This document shows, one piece after another, positions 11,261 through 23,397 of a stretch of 64,000 nt of DNA (position 1 is its first letter; every line of letters starts with the position of its first letter). The stretch is from Malacoraja senta. Lineage: Eukaryota. The stretch is from NCBI GenBank assembly GCA_038087875.1, contig CM075989.1, positions 8,806,001 to 8,870,000 on the forward strand, written 5' to 3'. The position numbers and the translations under genes are program-made. Below the pieces are notes generated by a model. That model saw only the letters and a list, made by a program, of their open reading frames with translations, had not been told where the DNA came from and searched no databases.

Positions 11261-11868
11261 GCACTATCAGTTTCCTACAAAACAACTACTTCTACACAGG
11301 CTTGAAACCAAAGATCATATAAATCTTTGCTTGAAACTATAGACAGCTTGCTGCTTTTGTAGGTACTTATAAAATATATTCGCCCACAGCACAGACAGTG
11401 TTGAAAATTCATTACCCATCCCTCAGTGGCCTGAACCCAAGACTTAGTGAAGAGTTAACTCCTCAGTGGGTCTGGAGTCACGTGAAGGCCTCACGTAAGG
11501 AGTCACGTAAGTCATCACATAAAAGCAAAGAACTGCAGATGCTGGTTCACAAAAAAAAGATACAGAGTACAGGAGGGTCAGGAGACTCAGCGGGTCAAGC
11601 AGCATCTCCAGGGAACATGGACAGATGACATTCCGGATCGGGACCCTTCCCAGTAAGGACGTCGGTTCTTCTTCTTCTCAGGGCTTTAGGGCCTTTAAAC
11701 CACGTGGTCATGTCCTGGCTGCTGTTACCCGGGTATGATGATTTTTTTTAAATTCCATATTTACTCAATTAGTTAAATTCCCCAGCTTCTGCGGAAATTA
11801 AATCAACGGTCTCTGGATCAATGGACAGAGTTTTCACCACTTATCCAAGAACGTAACCTCTACCCTAC

Positions 11869-12855
11869 TGTTGACAGAGCACTTTAGTTGATTACAGAAA
11901 GGCAGAGAATGGGGCAGAGTTGGCAACTGTGGTCGCCATTTTGTATGCAGCAGGTTTAAAGGACGCGTTTACATTGCACCATTTGAAAAGGTTAAATGCT
12001 TTTAAATCTATAAAAGATACATGGTGGAATACTTGACTGGAGGTTGTAGCTTGTATTTCGTCTCAAGCAGGCTTTCTCTAGTGGAAAAGTACCAATTGAT
12101 AAGAGAGAGAGACAAACCCAGGCTTGTCTCAGGTTGATGTATATTGAGACAATGACCAATGCCCTTTGAAATGTCTTGTCCTGAAAGTACCATCTGATAA
12201 GAGACCAATGCCTTTGAAATGTCCTGTCTTGGAAGTACCAACTGATAAGATGCCTTTGAACTGTCTGGTTCTGAAGGTGCTATAGTTATGTATATTGGCT
12301 GCATCTTGCGACTATGATTAACATCTTTGGAATGTGACTAAGTGACACACAGTGTAAAACACCGTGCGAATCTTTGTTCATTGAAGTGGTGGCGCGGGGA
12401 AGTCAGTGTCTGTTGCTTACTTGACTGGTGTATCCCCGTCACTTATGCCGGCTGATGATCAGTAAGCTTGAGTTGGTTTACCTAACGTTTTGTGAGTTGT
12501 CTGTTTTTTAAGTAGTGAGCCTTATCATTGGTGTATAGTCGGGGGGACCTCGCTGGGACCGTCAACGGATGACTGTGTAAGAGGCTGCAGAGTGACCGGG
12601 ATTGGACAGGGAGAAAACTGAGCTCTAATCGGACCCTTTGAGACCAAACTCCCGTAGAAGCTCCCGGGAACATCTGTGGTCCTTGGTCAGAGGTCGATCT
12701 GGTTCCCGCTGACGTCCTTAATACAGACAATAAAGGTAAGACCAATTGTGAATGTTTTTGCTACCAAGAGAGTAGTCGGCGATTGGATAGAGCGAACTAA
12801 AAAGGTTTGTCGTTAATTAATACGTTTTTGCTACTAGGAAAGTAGTTGGTAAGAA
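11869..12855 (+). mobile_element. Probable endogenous retrovirus 5' LTR with PBS and truncated leader
   Basis: TG...CA ends (about 11869-12527); CGCCATTTTG near the start; tandem enhancer-like repeats at 12084-12275; TGGTGTATAGTCGG immediately after the CA; AG/GTAAG donor near 12735. Confidence 0.5.
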
Positions 12856-12904
12856 TGTCCCAGTTCACATCACAGCCACTAAAATAAATTGAAAGACATC
12901 ATGA

Positions 12905-13185
12905 TTCAAGATTCAAGAGAGTTTATTGTCATGTGTCCCAGATTGGACAATGAAATTCTTGCTTTGCTTCAGCACAACAGAATATAGTAGTATAAATAAA
13001 TCCAGAACAGAACTGATCAGTGTGACCATACACCAATGAATATATATATACACACATAAATAAACAGATAAAGTGCAATGGGCTGTTAATGATCAGAGTT
13101 TTGTTTGAGTTGAGTTTAATAGCCTGATGGCTGTGGGGAAGCAGCTATTCCTGAACCTGGATGTTGCAGATTTCAGGCTCCTGAA
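12905..13185 (-). mobile_element. Rex1/Babar-like LINE 3' end
   Basis: Reverse of CAGGTTCAGGAATAGCTGCTTCCCCACAGCCATCAGGCTATTAAAC plus a (TCTTGAA)n tail. Confidence 0.65.
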
Positions 13186-13274
13186 ATCACTGATCTAATA
13201 TAGGAAGCTCAGCTACTAATCTAGATCAGAGCAAGCTCTCACAAAGAACAATATTTAAATGGCTCAGTAATGGT

Positions 13275-13670
13275 CATATTCCTCATATTCTGCTTGGGTA
13301 ACTTACAACCCAACAGTATGAACATTGAGTAGAAACAAGAAACTGCAGATGCTGGTTTACAAAAAAAAGGACACAGAGTGCTGGAGTAACTCAGTGGGTC
13401 AGGCAGCATCTTTGTAGAACAGGCCCTATAAAAGAATCTGAAGAAGGGTCCAGACCCGAAACGTCACCTACCCATGTTCTCCAGAGATGCTGCCTAACCC
13501 GCTGAGTTACTCCAGCACTTTGTGTCTACCTTTGGTAAATACCAGCATCTGCAGTTCCTTTTGACACATGACCTATTCATGTTCTCCAGAGATGATGCCT
13601 GATCCACCAAATTACTTCAGCACTTTGTACCTTTTTTTCGTAAACCAGTATCTGCAGTTCCTTGTGTCTG
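13275..13670. mobile_element. Penelope-like element 3' remnant with inverted terminal repeats
   Basis: Encodes LIFCLGNLQPNSMNIE, resembling the GIY-YIG C-terminal motif, followed by inverted copies of the CTGAAGAAGGG...GAAACGTC repeat. Confidence 0.65.
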
Positions 13671-13749
13671 AGGAACCAAGATGCCTGATCATGACTGGAA
13701 AGGCAGCATCTACTGTCCACCCCTAATTGCCCATGAATGGCATGGCCTG

Positions 13750-14044
13750 GTAGTTTAGTTTAGTTTAGTAATACAGCACGGAAACCGACCCTTTGGCCCA
13801 CCAAGTCAGCACTGCCCAGTGACCCCGCACACTAACAATATCCAACACACACTGGGGACAATTTACAACTTTTACCAGGCCAATTAACCTACAAACCTGT
13901 ATGTCTTTGGAGTGTGGGAGGAAAGCAAAGATCTCAGAGAAAACCCACGCAGTCCCGGGTACTGACAGCACCTGTAGTCAGGATCGAGCCCGGGTCTCTG
14001 GCGCTGTAAGGCAGCAACTCTACCGCTGCTCCACCGTGCTGCCC
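13750..14044 (-). mobile_element. HE1/V-SINE-type SINE
   Basis: Reverse copy with a (TTTAG)n tail. Confidence 0.85.
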
Positions 14045-14508
14045 GGTGGAAGCTTAGAAGGCAGTTATCAGTCAACCGTACAGAATTGCATGATGGCGGA
14101 ATGGTTAAAGCACGGAAGGTGGCCATTCAGCCCATCAAGTCTGTACAAGCTCCACACAAGAGCAATATAGTGTTCCCACTCCCAAGCCCCCTGCTCCCCA
14201 CAACCCTGAAATGTTTTCCCTTTCCAATATGTATCCAGTTCCCTTTGAACCTCGCAATGGAACCCCACTCCTTTCACTGGCCCCGGCCTTGCATTCCAGA
14301 CACAAACCTTCGCTGTCTAAAAGGTCTTCCATCATATTATTTTTGAATAAGGCTATTCAGCCCATCTCGTCCATGCTGACCGAGGTGTCTTCTTAAACTG
14401 GACCTATTGGCCTACTTTTAGTCCATTTGCTTTTAAACTTTCCTATCCATGTACCTGGTGAAAAAAATGCTGGTATGATACGTATATCGTTCCTTGCTCT
14501 CTTTTTGA

Positions 14509-14905
14509 ATTTTTTTTTTTATTTATCAAAAAATGTATTAAATTATTTTAAAATTATATTTACACTACAATAAAACAAGGCAGAACCCACCACCATAATA
14601 CAATACAAACATATATCCATAATAAACTACTATACAACTACGATACAATCCTTATTGAGGATACATTCAACCCTCCGCGGTGCCCAGCGGTCCCGGAAAT
14701 CCCCCAGGGCGCCCGTGGACAGAGTGTAGTCCCTCTCTAACCCCACCCGGGCACGGACGTACCCCCGGAATAGGGGCAGGCAGCCGGCTCGGGCAGAGAC
14801 CTCTTCCGCCTGGCGCAGTGACTCGCGGATGGCCAGCTTGGCCAGGGCCCAGGAGCAACCCAACCAGGACATCTTCAGCCTTACCCTGTCCCCTACGCAC
14901 AGGGT
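14509..14905 (-). mobile_element. Tx1/L1-clade LINE 3' end
   Basis: ORF2-like C-terminus ALAKLAIRES...CLPLFRGYVRARVGLERDY...FRDRWAP, then an AT-rich UTR and poly(A). Confidence 0.7.
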
Positions 14906-15344
14906 GTCCAAAGATGAGGATGGTGGATGTGAAGTGCAGCCAGAAGGCAACTGTTCCTTGCTCTTGGTGTCAATGGCAGAATGTTGACCTACAAGCCGCT
15001 TAAGCTGTTTAAACGCTTGGCCACCTAATTTAATTAATGCATTTTATTTTTCAAACAGTAATCTTTTTGCAATATAGTTTTTATCAGTAGGCAGTTCTGG
15101 CACCTACCTTCAAATAGAGCACTGCATGCACCAATCAATTCCATTAACCCCTCGATATTAGACGCAATAATGAAGCCCATGAATCCAGCAGGTAGCGGTA
15201 AAAACTACCAGTTCAATAACTTTTGCCGATCGCCTTCATTCTGTGTCTCCGGTTTCTGGCCTCCTCCACCCCTCCACCACCACCATATATCCCACAGGCC
15301 AGTCAGCGTCAAAGCATAAGATTCCTTCCCCAAGCGGATGGGAG

Positions 15345-15700
15345 TCTGGGCAGCTTACAACCCAGCGGTATGAACGTTGACTTCTCAAAGTTCAAGTAAC
15401 CCCTCTCTCCCTCCCTCCCCCACCCTAGTCATGCTACTAGTTCTACTGTTTGCATCCTTGTATCCCTTCATGACCACCTCTTTCCCAGCCAACAACGGGC
15501 CACTATGGGCCCCATCCTTCCTTGGTCATCTGTTGCCGGCCCTGCTTTGTTATGGCCTTTTCCTGCTCCTGGTTCCGCCCTCCCCCCCCACCCCCCTACT
15601 TTCAGTCTGAAGAAGTGTCCCGACCTGAAACGTCACCCATCCTTCATCTCCAGAGATGCTGCCTGACCCGTTGAGTTACCCCAGCACTCTGTATCTATCT
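15345..15700 (+). mobile_element. Penelope-like element 3' end (GIY-YIG C-terminus plus pLTR)
   Basis: Encodes LGSLQPSGMNVDFSKFK*, followed by a pyrimidine-rich UTR and the CTGAAGA...GAAACGTC motif. Confidence 0.7.
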
Positions 15701-15810
15701 CAGAGGGTCTGGTGGGTTTTCTGCGTCAATAACATGGTGGTTTATGATCACCCCCACAGTCCATTCATCAGGAAACTGTCAAGTGTTTGGAGAGGTATTG
15801 AATCTCTTCC

Positions 15811-16142
15811 GGGTGGCACAATGGCGCAGGTGGGAGAGCTGCTGCCTCATAGCGCCACAGACCCAGGTTTGATCCCGACTACTGGCCCTGTCTGTGTGTG
15901 GTGTTCACACGTTCCCCCTGTGACCATGTGCATTTCCTCCTGCATCCCACGCTCCGGTTTCCTCCCACATCCCAAAGACGCGCGGGGTTTGTAGGTTACT
16001 TGGCCTCAGTAAATTGCCTCTATTGTGTAGGGAGTGGGTGAGAAAGTGGGATTACGCGGAACCAGTGTGAATGGGTGATCGATGATCGTCGTGGACTCAG
16101 CGGGCCCAACATCCTGTCTCCGTGCTGTATCTCGAAACTAAG
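15811..16142 (+). mobile_element. HE1/V-SINE-type SINE (divergent subfamily)
   Basis: tRNA-like head, V core and tail. Confidence 0.75.
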
Positions 16143-16229
16143 CGGGTAAACAGCGAAAAAAATTATCTGCCGCTCATTCCACCGGGAACCTCCTGTTCCG
16201 CCTGTGGTCCCACATCAGTCACTCAGAAC

Positions 16230-16711
16230 GACGGGCACATCGGCCTTCATCAGTCACAGCACTGAGTATAGAAGTTGGGAGGTTACACAAAAAGCTGGAG
16301 TAACTCAGCGCGATGGGCAGCATCTCTGGAGAGAAGGAATGGGTGACGTTTCGGGTCGAGACCCTTCTTCAGACTGAAAGTCAGGGGAAAGGGAGGTGAT
16401 GTTGCCGTTGTATAAGACATTCGTGAGGCCGCATTTAGAGTATTGTGTTCAGTTTTGGCCACCATGTTATGGAAAAGATGTTGTCAAGCTGGAAAGGGTG
16501 CAGAGAAGATTTACGAGTATGTTGCCAGGACTCAAAGGCCTGAGCTATAGGCAGAGGTTGAGCAGGCTAGGACGCTATTCCTAACTTTTTTACACAATGG
16601 GCGGTGGGTGTATGGAACGAGCTATCAGAGGAGATAGTTGAGGCAGGGACTATCGCAACGTTTAAGAAACATTTTTGCAGGTACATGGATAGGCTAGGTT
16701 TAGAGGGATAT
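16230..16711 (+). mobile_element. CR1 3' fragment interrupted by a Penelope-type repeat (about 16283-16395)
   Basis: ORFs read LYKTFVRPHLEYCVQFW...LERVQRRFT and VWNELSEEIVEAG. Confidence 0.75.
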
Positions 16712-17062
16712 AATAATAATAATAATATTAATGGATGGGATTTATATATCGCCTTTCTAATACTCAAGGCGCTTTACATCGCATTATTCATTCACTCCTC
16801 AGTCACACACGGTGGTGGTGAGCTACTTCTGTAGCCACAGCTGCCCTGGGGCAGACTGACGGAAGCGTGGCTGCTAATCTGCGCCTACGGCCCCTCCGAC
16901 CACCACCAATCACTCACACACATTCACACACATTCACACGCAGGCAAAGGTGGGTGAAGTGTCTTGCCCCAAGGACACAACGACAGTATGCACTCCAAGC
17001 GGGATTCGAACCGGCTACCTTCCGGTTGCCAGCCGAACATTTAGCCCATTGCGCCATCTGTC
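16712..17062 (-). mobile_element. AFC-like CORE-SINE with an L2-type tail
   Basis: Minus strand: A box TGGCGCAATGG, B box GGTTCGAATCC, CORE-like GTGTCCTTGGGGCAAGACACTTCACC, CCCCAGGGCAGCTGTGGCTAC block, tail GTAAAGCGCCTTGAG...(ATT)n. Confidence 0.75.
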
Positions 17063-17856
17063 ATTTGGCATTTGGGTGTGGAGTGGATGGGACATGCTGG
17101 TCAGTGTGGGCAAGTTGGGCCAAAGGGCTTGTTTCCATGCTGTGTGACTCTACGAAACTGAACCCGGAGTGGAACGACACCCTTGATTCCGAGCCACTGC
17201 CTCTGATGGATTCCTGAAAACACCTTTCCATTGCCAGACTAACTGCATGTCAATCCCCCAGCAGAGTGAAGTGCTTTTTACAGGTCTCTGAATTATTCAC
17301 CCGCTCTCTACCATCCCAAACCCGAAAATTGGATGTGAAACGTGACACTTTTCCTTATCCCACTGCCTGCCAGATAATGCAGCAAACTCCCTGCAGGGGA
17401 CTCGAAAAAAGCTAGTTTAAAAAAATGGGACGCAGATGCTTAGAGCCTCTTAATTTACAGTCCCTTTCAACTGGCAGACAGAAGCATGTAAATCCCATCA
17501 GTCAGGCCCAGGGGAGGAGCAGTTGAAAGATCCAAGTGCTAACTCACCTTCTCTGCTCCCTCTTCATGCAGAGAGAGAGAGACAGAGAGACACAAAGCAA
17601 ATAAGCCAAATGTCTCGCTATCTTCGCCTATTTAATTCACTGTTCACACCGCATATTAATTTTTGTTTGTTGCCTCTCACATCTGTGACAGGAGACTCTG
17701 CATTCAAGTCCCAGGAGCTCAGCAGTCCAACTGCCATGCAGAAACAGGGAACTTATCTGGAGTCTGAAGAAGGGTTTCGGCCCGAAACGTTGCCTATTCC
17801 CTTCGCTCCATGGATGCTGCCTCACCCGCTGAGTTTCTCCAGCATTTTTGTCGACT

Positions 17857-18430
17857 AATCTGGAGTATTGTGAGCAGTTTTGGACCCCCCCCCCCCCCCC
17901 CATATCCGAGGAGGGACGTGCTGGCGTTGGAGACGATCCAGAGAGAAGGTTTACGCGGATGATCCCGGGAATGATCGGGTTAACATGTGATGAGCGTTTG
18001 ATGGCTTCGGGCCTGTACTCGCTGGAGTTTACAAAGATGAGGGGGTGGGGGGGGGAGTGGCGAAGCCTCATTGAAACTTACCGAATAGAGAAAGGCCTGG
18101 ATGGAGTGGATGTGGAGAGGATGTTTGCACGAGTCGGAGAGTCTAGAGGCCCTAGCCAATGAATAAAAGGATGTACCTTTAGAAAGAAGGTGAGGAGAAA
18201 TTTCTCCAGTCAGAAGGTGGTGAATCTTTGGAATTTATTGCCACAGACAGCTGTGGAGGCCAAGTCATTAGGTATTTTTAAAGCAGAGATTAACATATTT
18301 GTAAGGGTGTCAACGGTTATGGGGAGAAGGCAGGAGAATGGGGTTGAGAAGGAAAGATAGATCAGCCATGATTGAATGGCGGAGTAGACTCGATGGGCCG
18401 AATGGCTTCTGTGTCTTATGAACACATGAA
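17857..18430 (+). mobile_element. CR1 3' end
   Basis: Reads LEYCEQFW...RRFTRMIPGMIGL...GLYSLEF, followed by the CR1 3' UTR. Confidence 0.8.
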
Positions 18431-18894
18431 CTTATAAGTTGCAGGAGCTGGTTTACAAATTGTCATACTAACTCTGTCAGAGGTTTATTGCTGAGAGAGA
18501 GAGAGAGGGAGGGAGAGAGAGAGAGACTGTCAGAAACACAGCTGCATTGTCAGAGGGCCAATACTGAGAAATGTTGTACTTTCATTGGGGCAGTAGTACA
18601 GACAAAAGATCAGTGCCCAGGGTGTTAGAGGAGCAGGTCTGGAGGGCGGGGGATAAAGGAGGGGGTGTGTAGTTAGCCTGATTGTTTAAGATGGAAACGG
18701 ATGATCAATGGTCAGCATGGACTTGATGGGCCGAAGGACCTGTTTCCTTGCAGTAGGGAGCAACTAAGGGAGCAACAAGCAGTCAGAGGGACAGTAACGA
18801 GAGAATGATGCACTGTCAGAGGTACTGACCAGAAGGCACAATGTTATGCTGGAGAGACAGCACGAAGGGAATGCTACATAGGCTTTCATTTAGA

Positions 18895-19190
18895 TTGGTT
18901 GAGTTTAGAGATACAGCATGGAAACAGGCCCTTTGGCCCACTGAGTCCACGCTGACCATCGATCACCAGTTCACGCTAGTTCTATGTTATCCCTCTTTCA
19001 CATCCACTCCCTACACAGTTTTACAGAAGCCAATTAACCTACAAACTGCACTTCTTTAGGATGTGGGAGAAAACCAGAATACCCAGAGGAAACCCTGGGG
19101 ATAACATGCAAACTCCACACAGATAGCACCCAAGGTCAGGATGGAACCCGGGTCTCCGGTGCTGTGAGGCAGCAGCTCTACCCGCTGTGT
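18895..19190 (-). mobile_element. HE1/V-SINE-type SINE
   Basis: Reverse copy. Confidence 0.75.
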
Positions 19191-19374
19191 CAGAGAGGGC
19201 ATTCCCCAGGGAGCAGCGCACTGCTGGAGAAGGGCTGAGGGAGAGCTGCACTTCATTCAACTGGCAGAGGGGGCAGGACTGAGGGAAAGCTGCAGTGTAA
19301 GAGCAGCAGTACTGAGGGCACAATAAGGGCGGGCTGCCTTGCTGTGGGTGAAAAAACTCTGTAAAATATCCAGG

Positions 19375-19600
19375 AAAGAACTGCAGATGCTGGTTTAAAT
19401 CGAAGATAGACACAAAATGCTGGAGTAACTCAGCGGGACAGGCAGCATCTCTGGAGAGAAGGAATAGGGTGACGTTTCAGGTCGAGAACCTTCTTCTGAA
19501 GTCTGAGGAAGGGTCTCGACCGAAACGTCACCCATTCCTTCTCTCCAGAGATGCTGTCTGTCCCGCTGAGTTACTCCAGCATTTTGTGCCTATCTTCAAT
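19375..19600. mobile_element. Palindromic Penelope-derived mini-element
   Basis: Inverted arms GCTGGAGTAACTCAGCGGG...GACGTTTC and GAAACGTC...CCCGCTGAGTTACTCCAGC. Confidence 0.75.
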
Positions 19601-21092
19601 GTAATATATCCCATGGCACTCGGTTCAAATTGGACAGCAGCGTTTCCCCAAGAGTGCTCATTCCTCAACCGAGCTGAGGCCAAACAAGTCGCCAGGCCTT
19701 TATCACCATGTTGCTACGGAAAGCTACTGTTTGGAAACGGGCTCTTTCTTCAAAGACACAACGGTGAAACATGGGCAAATTGGATTAGCTGAGGGCATCT
19801 TGGTTTTGGCACGGATGACTTGGGCCGAAAGGCTCCACAGCTCTATGTTGCTGCTATGAATATTCTTCAAAAGCATTATCATTGGTTGCAAACTGTTTTG
19901 GGATGCTACAGAAATAACAATGGTTGTGACTTTCCTTTTTTAAACAAATCATCTTTTGATTTTGATTTGAATTGTGACATGGTGTCAGGCCATACAGGTT
20001 TGTAGGATAATTGGCTTGGTAAATGTAAACATTGTCCGTAGTGGGTGTTAATGTGCGGGGATCCGTAGTGGGTGTTAATGTGCGGGGAGAAAACCCACGC
20101 AGGTCACGGGGAGAACGTTCAAACTCCACACAGACAAGCAGCCGCAAGTCAGGATCGAACCCGTGACCTGGGTCTCTGGCGCCGTAAGGCAGCAACTCTA
20201 TCGCTGCGCCACTGTGCTGCCCATTGGTTCGAGAAAAAGAATTGCCTCATCTCTGTTTTCGAACAACAACCTCCTCATTCCAATTTCGTTCAAAAAGGCA
20301 AAACAACCTGTCCACACGCACCTAACAAGACCCCTCAGGGTTTAATGAAGTTTCCTCTCACTCTTCTAAACTCCGGTGGATATAAGCTACCCTGTCCAAT
20401 TTTACCTCATGAGACACCCCATCCATTTGTAGTCTAGTATAAACTTTCAGCAAACAGACAATAGGCAATAGACAATAGGTGCAGGAGTAGGCCATTCGGC
20501 CCTTCGAGCCAGCACCGCCATTCAATGTGATCATGGCTGATCATCCCTAATCAGTACCCCATTCCTGCCTTCTCCCCATATCCCCTGACTCTGCTATTTT
20601 TAAGAGCCCTATCTAGCGCTCTCTTGTAAGCATCCAGAGAACTGGCCTCCACCGCCCTCTGAGGCAGAGAATTCCACAGTTCCCAGTGTATTAAAACAGC
20701 TCCCAGTGTATTAAAATTCTTCCTTACATAATAAGACGTGTACTGGACACAGTAGTCAGATGCAGTCTCACCAATTCTCTATTTTAATGAAGCAAAGTTT
20801 CCCCTCTTTTTATTCAATTTCCCTTGAGATACATGATATAATTCTGCTAGCTTCTATTAGCTAGCCAGAAGATTGGCTGTCTAATAGAAACCAGAGAGCA
20901 GACATAGACACCCTTAATTACCTTCCCTAATTACTTGCTGAAGCTGTATTCCAGTCTTGTGTGAATTGTGCACATTGACACGCAGATCCGTCAACATCTG
21001 GACAGAATGGCAAAATGAACAACATGAACATTTTCCCACATTATACTCCGTTTGCCAATTCTTTGCCCACTCACTGATCATATTCTCACCGA

Positions 21093-21728
21093 GCAGCCTC
21101 CTTAACAAGAGGATTTCAATATAGGAGTAAAGAGGTTCTTCTGCAGTTGTATAGGGCTCTGGTGAGACCACATCTGGAGTATTGTGTCCAGTTTTGGTCT
21201 CCTAATTTGAGGAAGGACATCCTTGTGATTGAGGCAGTGCAGCGTAGGTTCACGAGATTGATCCCTGGGATGGCGGGACTGTCATATGAGGAAAGATTGA
21301 AAAGACTAGGCTTGTATTCACTGGAGTTTAGAAGGATGAGAGGGTATCTTATAGAAACATATAAAATTATAAAAGGACTGGACAAGCTAGATGCAGGAAA
21401 AATGTTCCCAATGTTGGGCGAGTCCAGAACCAGGGGCCACAGTCTTAGAATAAAGGGGAGGTCATTTAAGACTGAGGTGAGAAAATTTTTTTCACCCAGA
21501 GAGTTGTGAATTTGTGGAATTCCCTGCCACAGAGGGCAGTGGAGGCCAAGTCACTGGATGGATTTAAGAGAGAGTTAGATAGAGCTCTTGGGGCTAGTGG
21601 AATCAAGGGATATGGGGAGAAGGCAGGCACGGGTTATTGATTGGGGACGATCAGCCATGATCACAACGACTGGCGGTGCTGGCTCAAAGGGCCGAATGGC
21701 CTCCTCCTGCACCTATTTTCTATGTTAT
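21093..21728 (+). mobile_element. CR1 3' end (well preserved)
   Basis: ORF 21147..21509 reads YRALVRPHLEYCVQFWSP...EAVQRRFTRLIPG...SRTRGHSLRI, followed by the 3' UTR. Confidence 0.9.
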
Positions 21729-23123
21729 GTCTTCTTCACCGCTGACTTTCCCCCCGATCTTTGTAGCAACAGCAAATGGAGCTAAAGGCATGGTTGCAAA
21801 TTTGACATCAATGCATTTAGGGTTGTCATCCAAGTCAGTCATTTAACTGCATAAATATGAAGCCTTATCTCTGATCCATGTGGCATCTCATCTTGTTAAT
21901 GAAAGGACGTCTACATCTGCTCTCTGGTTTCCATTAGTCAGGCCATCTTCTGTCCATGTCCATATGTTATCTCCTCCTCCCTGAACTTTCATCTTCCATG
22001 ACAACCTTATGGTGGGCCTTCTGGAAATCTAAATATAGAAGCATCCACCAGTTCCTCTTTATTCACAGCACATGTTATTTCTTCAAAGAACTCCAATATA
22101 TGAGTGTAAAATGATTTCCCTTTCACAAACCCATGTTGATATTGTCCAATTACCTCTAGGTACACTTCCATAATGCCTTTAATATTTTCCCTTTGACATT
22201 TGCTAAGCCAACCGGCCTTAATTTCCTGCTTTCCCTCCCTTCAAGGAGTCATATTAGCATTCCTGAATCTAAGGAATTTTGGAAAAATGAAACCAATGCC
22301 TCTGTTACCACGACCACCACCTCTTCTAAAGCTCTCAGATGAAGTCCATTGTGGCCTGCAGACTTGTCTATCATGCATTGTCTTTCCGCTGACTGGTTAG
22401 CACGCAACAAAAGCTTTTCACTGCAGCTCGGTACATGTGACAATAAACTGAACTGAACTGAGCTGTCCGCAGCTCCAACTAAGTGCCACTTCCCAAATAT
22501 CTTGAATTTCTCAATCCCTTCCAAATCCCGATTTGCAGATATTTGTGGGGTATATCCTCAATAGAGATGATTGAGGCAAAATATCTGTTCATTCATCTGC
22601 CATCTCCTTATTTTCCATTATTAACCCCTCAAGCTGGCTTGGATTCGGATCAATGCTAATCTGTTCTCCATTAATTAACTATAGCTTTAACATGTACTCT
22701 ACTTTTTTCCGTCCTTGTTCAATTTGTAGTAATTTGTTGGTGTTTTGTATACTCAGCACAATCTTCTGACCTGCCACTGGTCTTTGTGCATTTAATATGC
22801 TGACAAATTTCCCTGGAAAATAATCTCCAGTGAATTGTTTCGCTCCCAGTTCACCACGGCTGGGAGTTGTGGAGTTGCTACTCACTGCACCGCATGTTCA
22901 TGTAATTTGAATGTGAAATAACAGAAGATGTTTCTGCTAATGTAACAGTATTTACTTTAAGTACAAATTTGACCTTTTGGAAGATTATTCAAAGCTTTCT
23001 CACTTGCTATCTTAGACAGGTCATGTTTCTTTCTAACCCCGACTTCCTATTTTCTCCAAGCTACCAACAAGCTCCTCTCTCTCAGTGTATTCATCTTGAT
23101 GCCGCCACTGCCTGATAAAATCA

Positions 23124-23397
23124 CGCCAGAGACCAGAGTTCGATCCTGGCTACGGGTGTTGTCTATAAGGAGTTTGTACGTTCTCCCCGTGACCACGTGG
23201 GTTTTCTCCGGGTGCTCCGGTTTCCTCCCACACTCCAAAGACGTACAGGTTTGTCAGTTAATTGGCTTCGGTAAAAATGGTAAAATGTCCATAGTGTGTA
23301 GGATAGCGCTAGTGTACGGGGATCACAGGTCGGCGTGGACTCGGTGGGCCGAAGGGCCTGTTTACGCACTTTCTCTAAACTAAACTAAACGAAACTA
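23124..23397 (+). mobile_element. HE1/V-SINE-type SINE
   Basis: B box, V core and (CTAAA)n tail. Confidence 0.85.

Noticed and set aside
14381..14392. Minus-strand EDTS followed by GT, resembling the end of the next CORO2B exon
   Set aside because: It is preceded in frame by TAA and embedded in a CR1 tail. I found no further coronin exon in the window by eye; tblastn would be needed to be sure.
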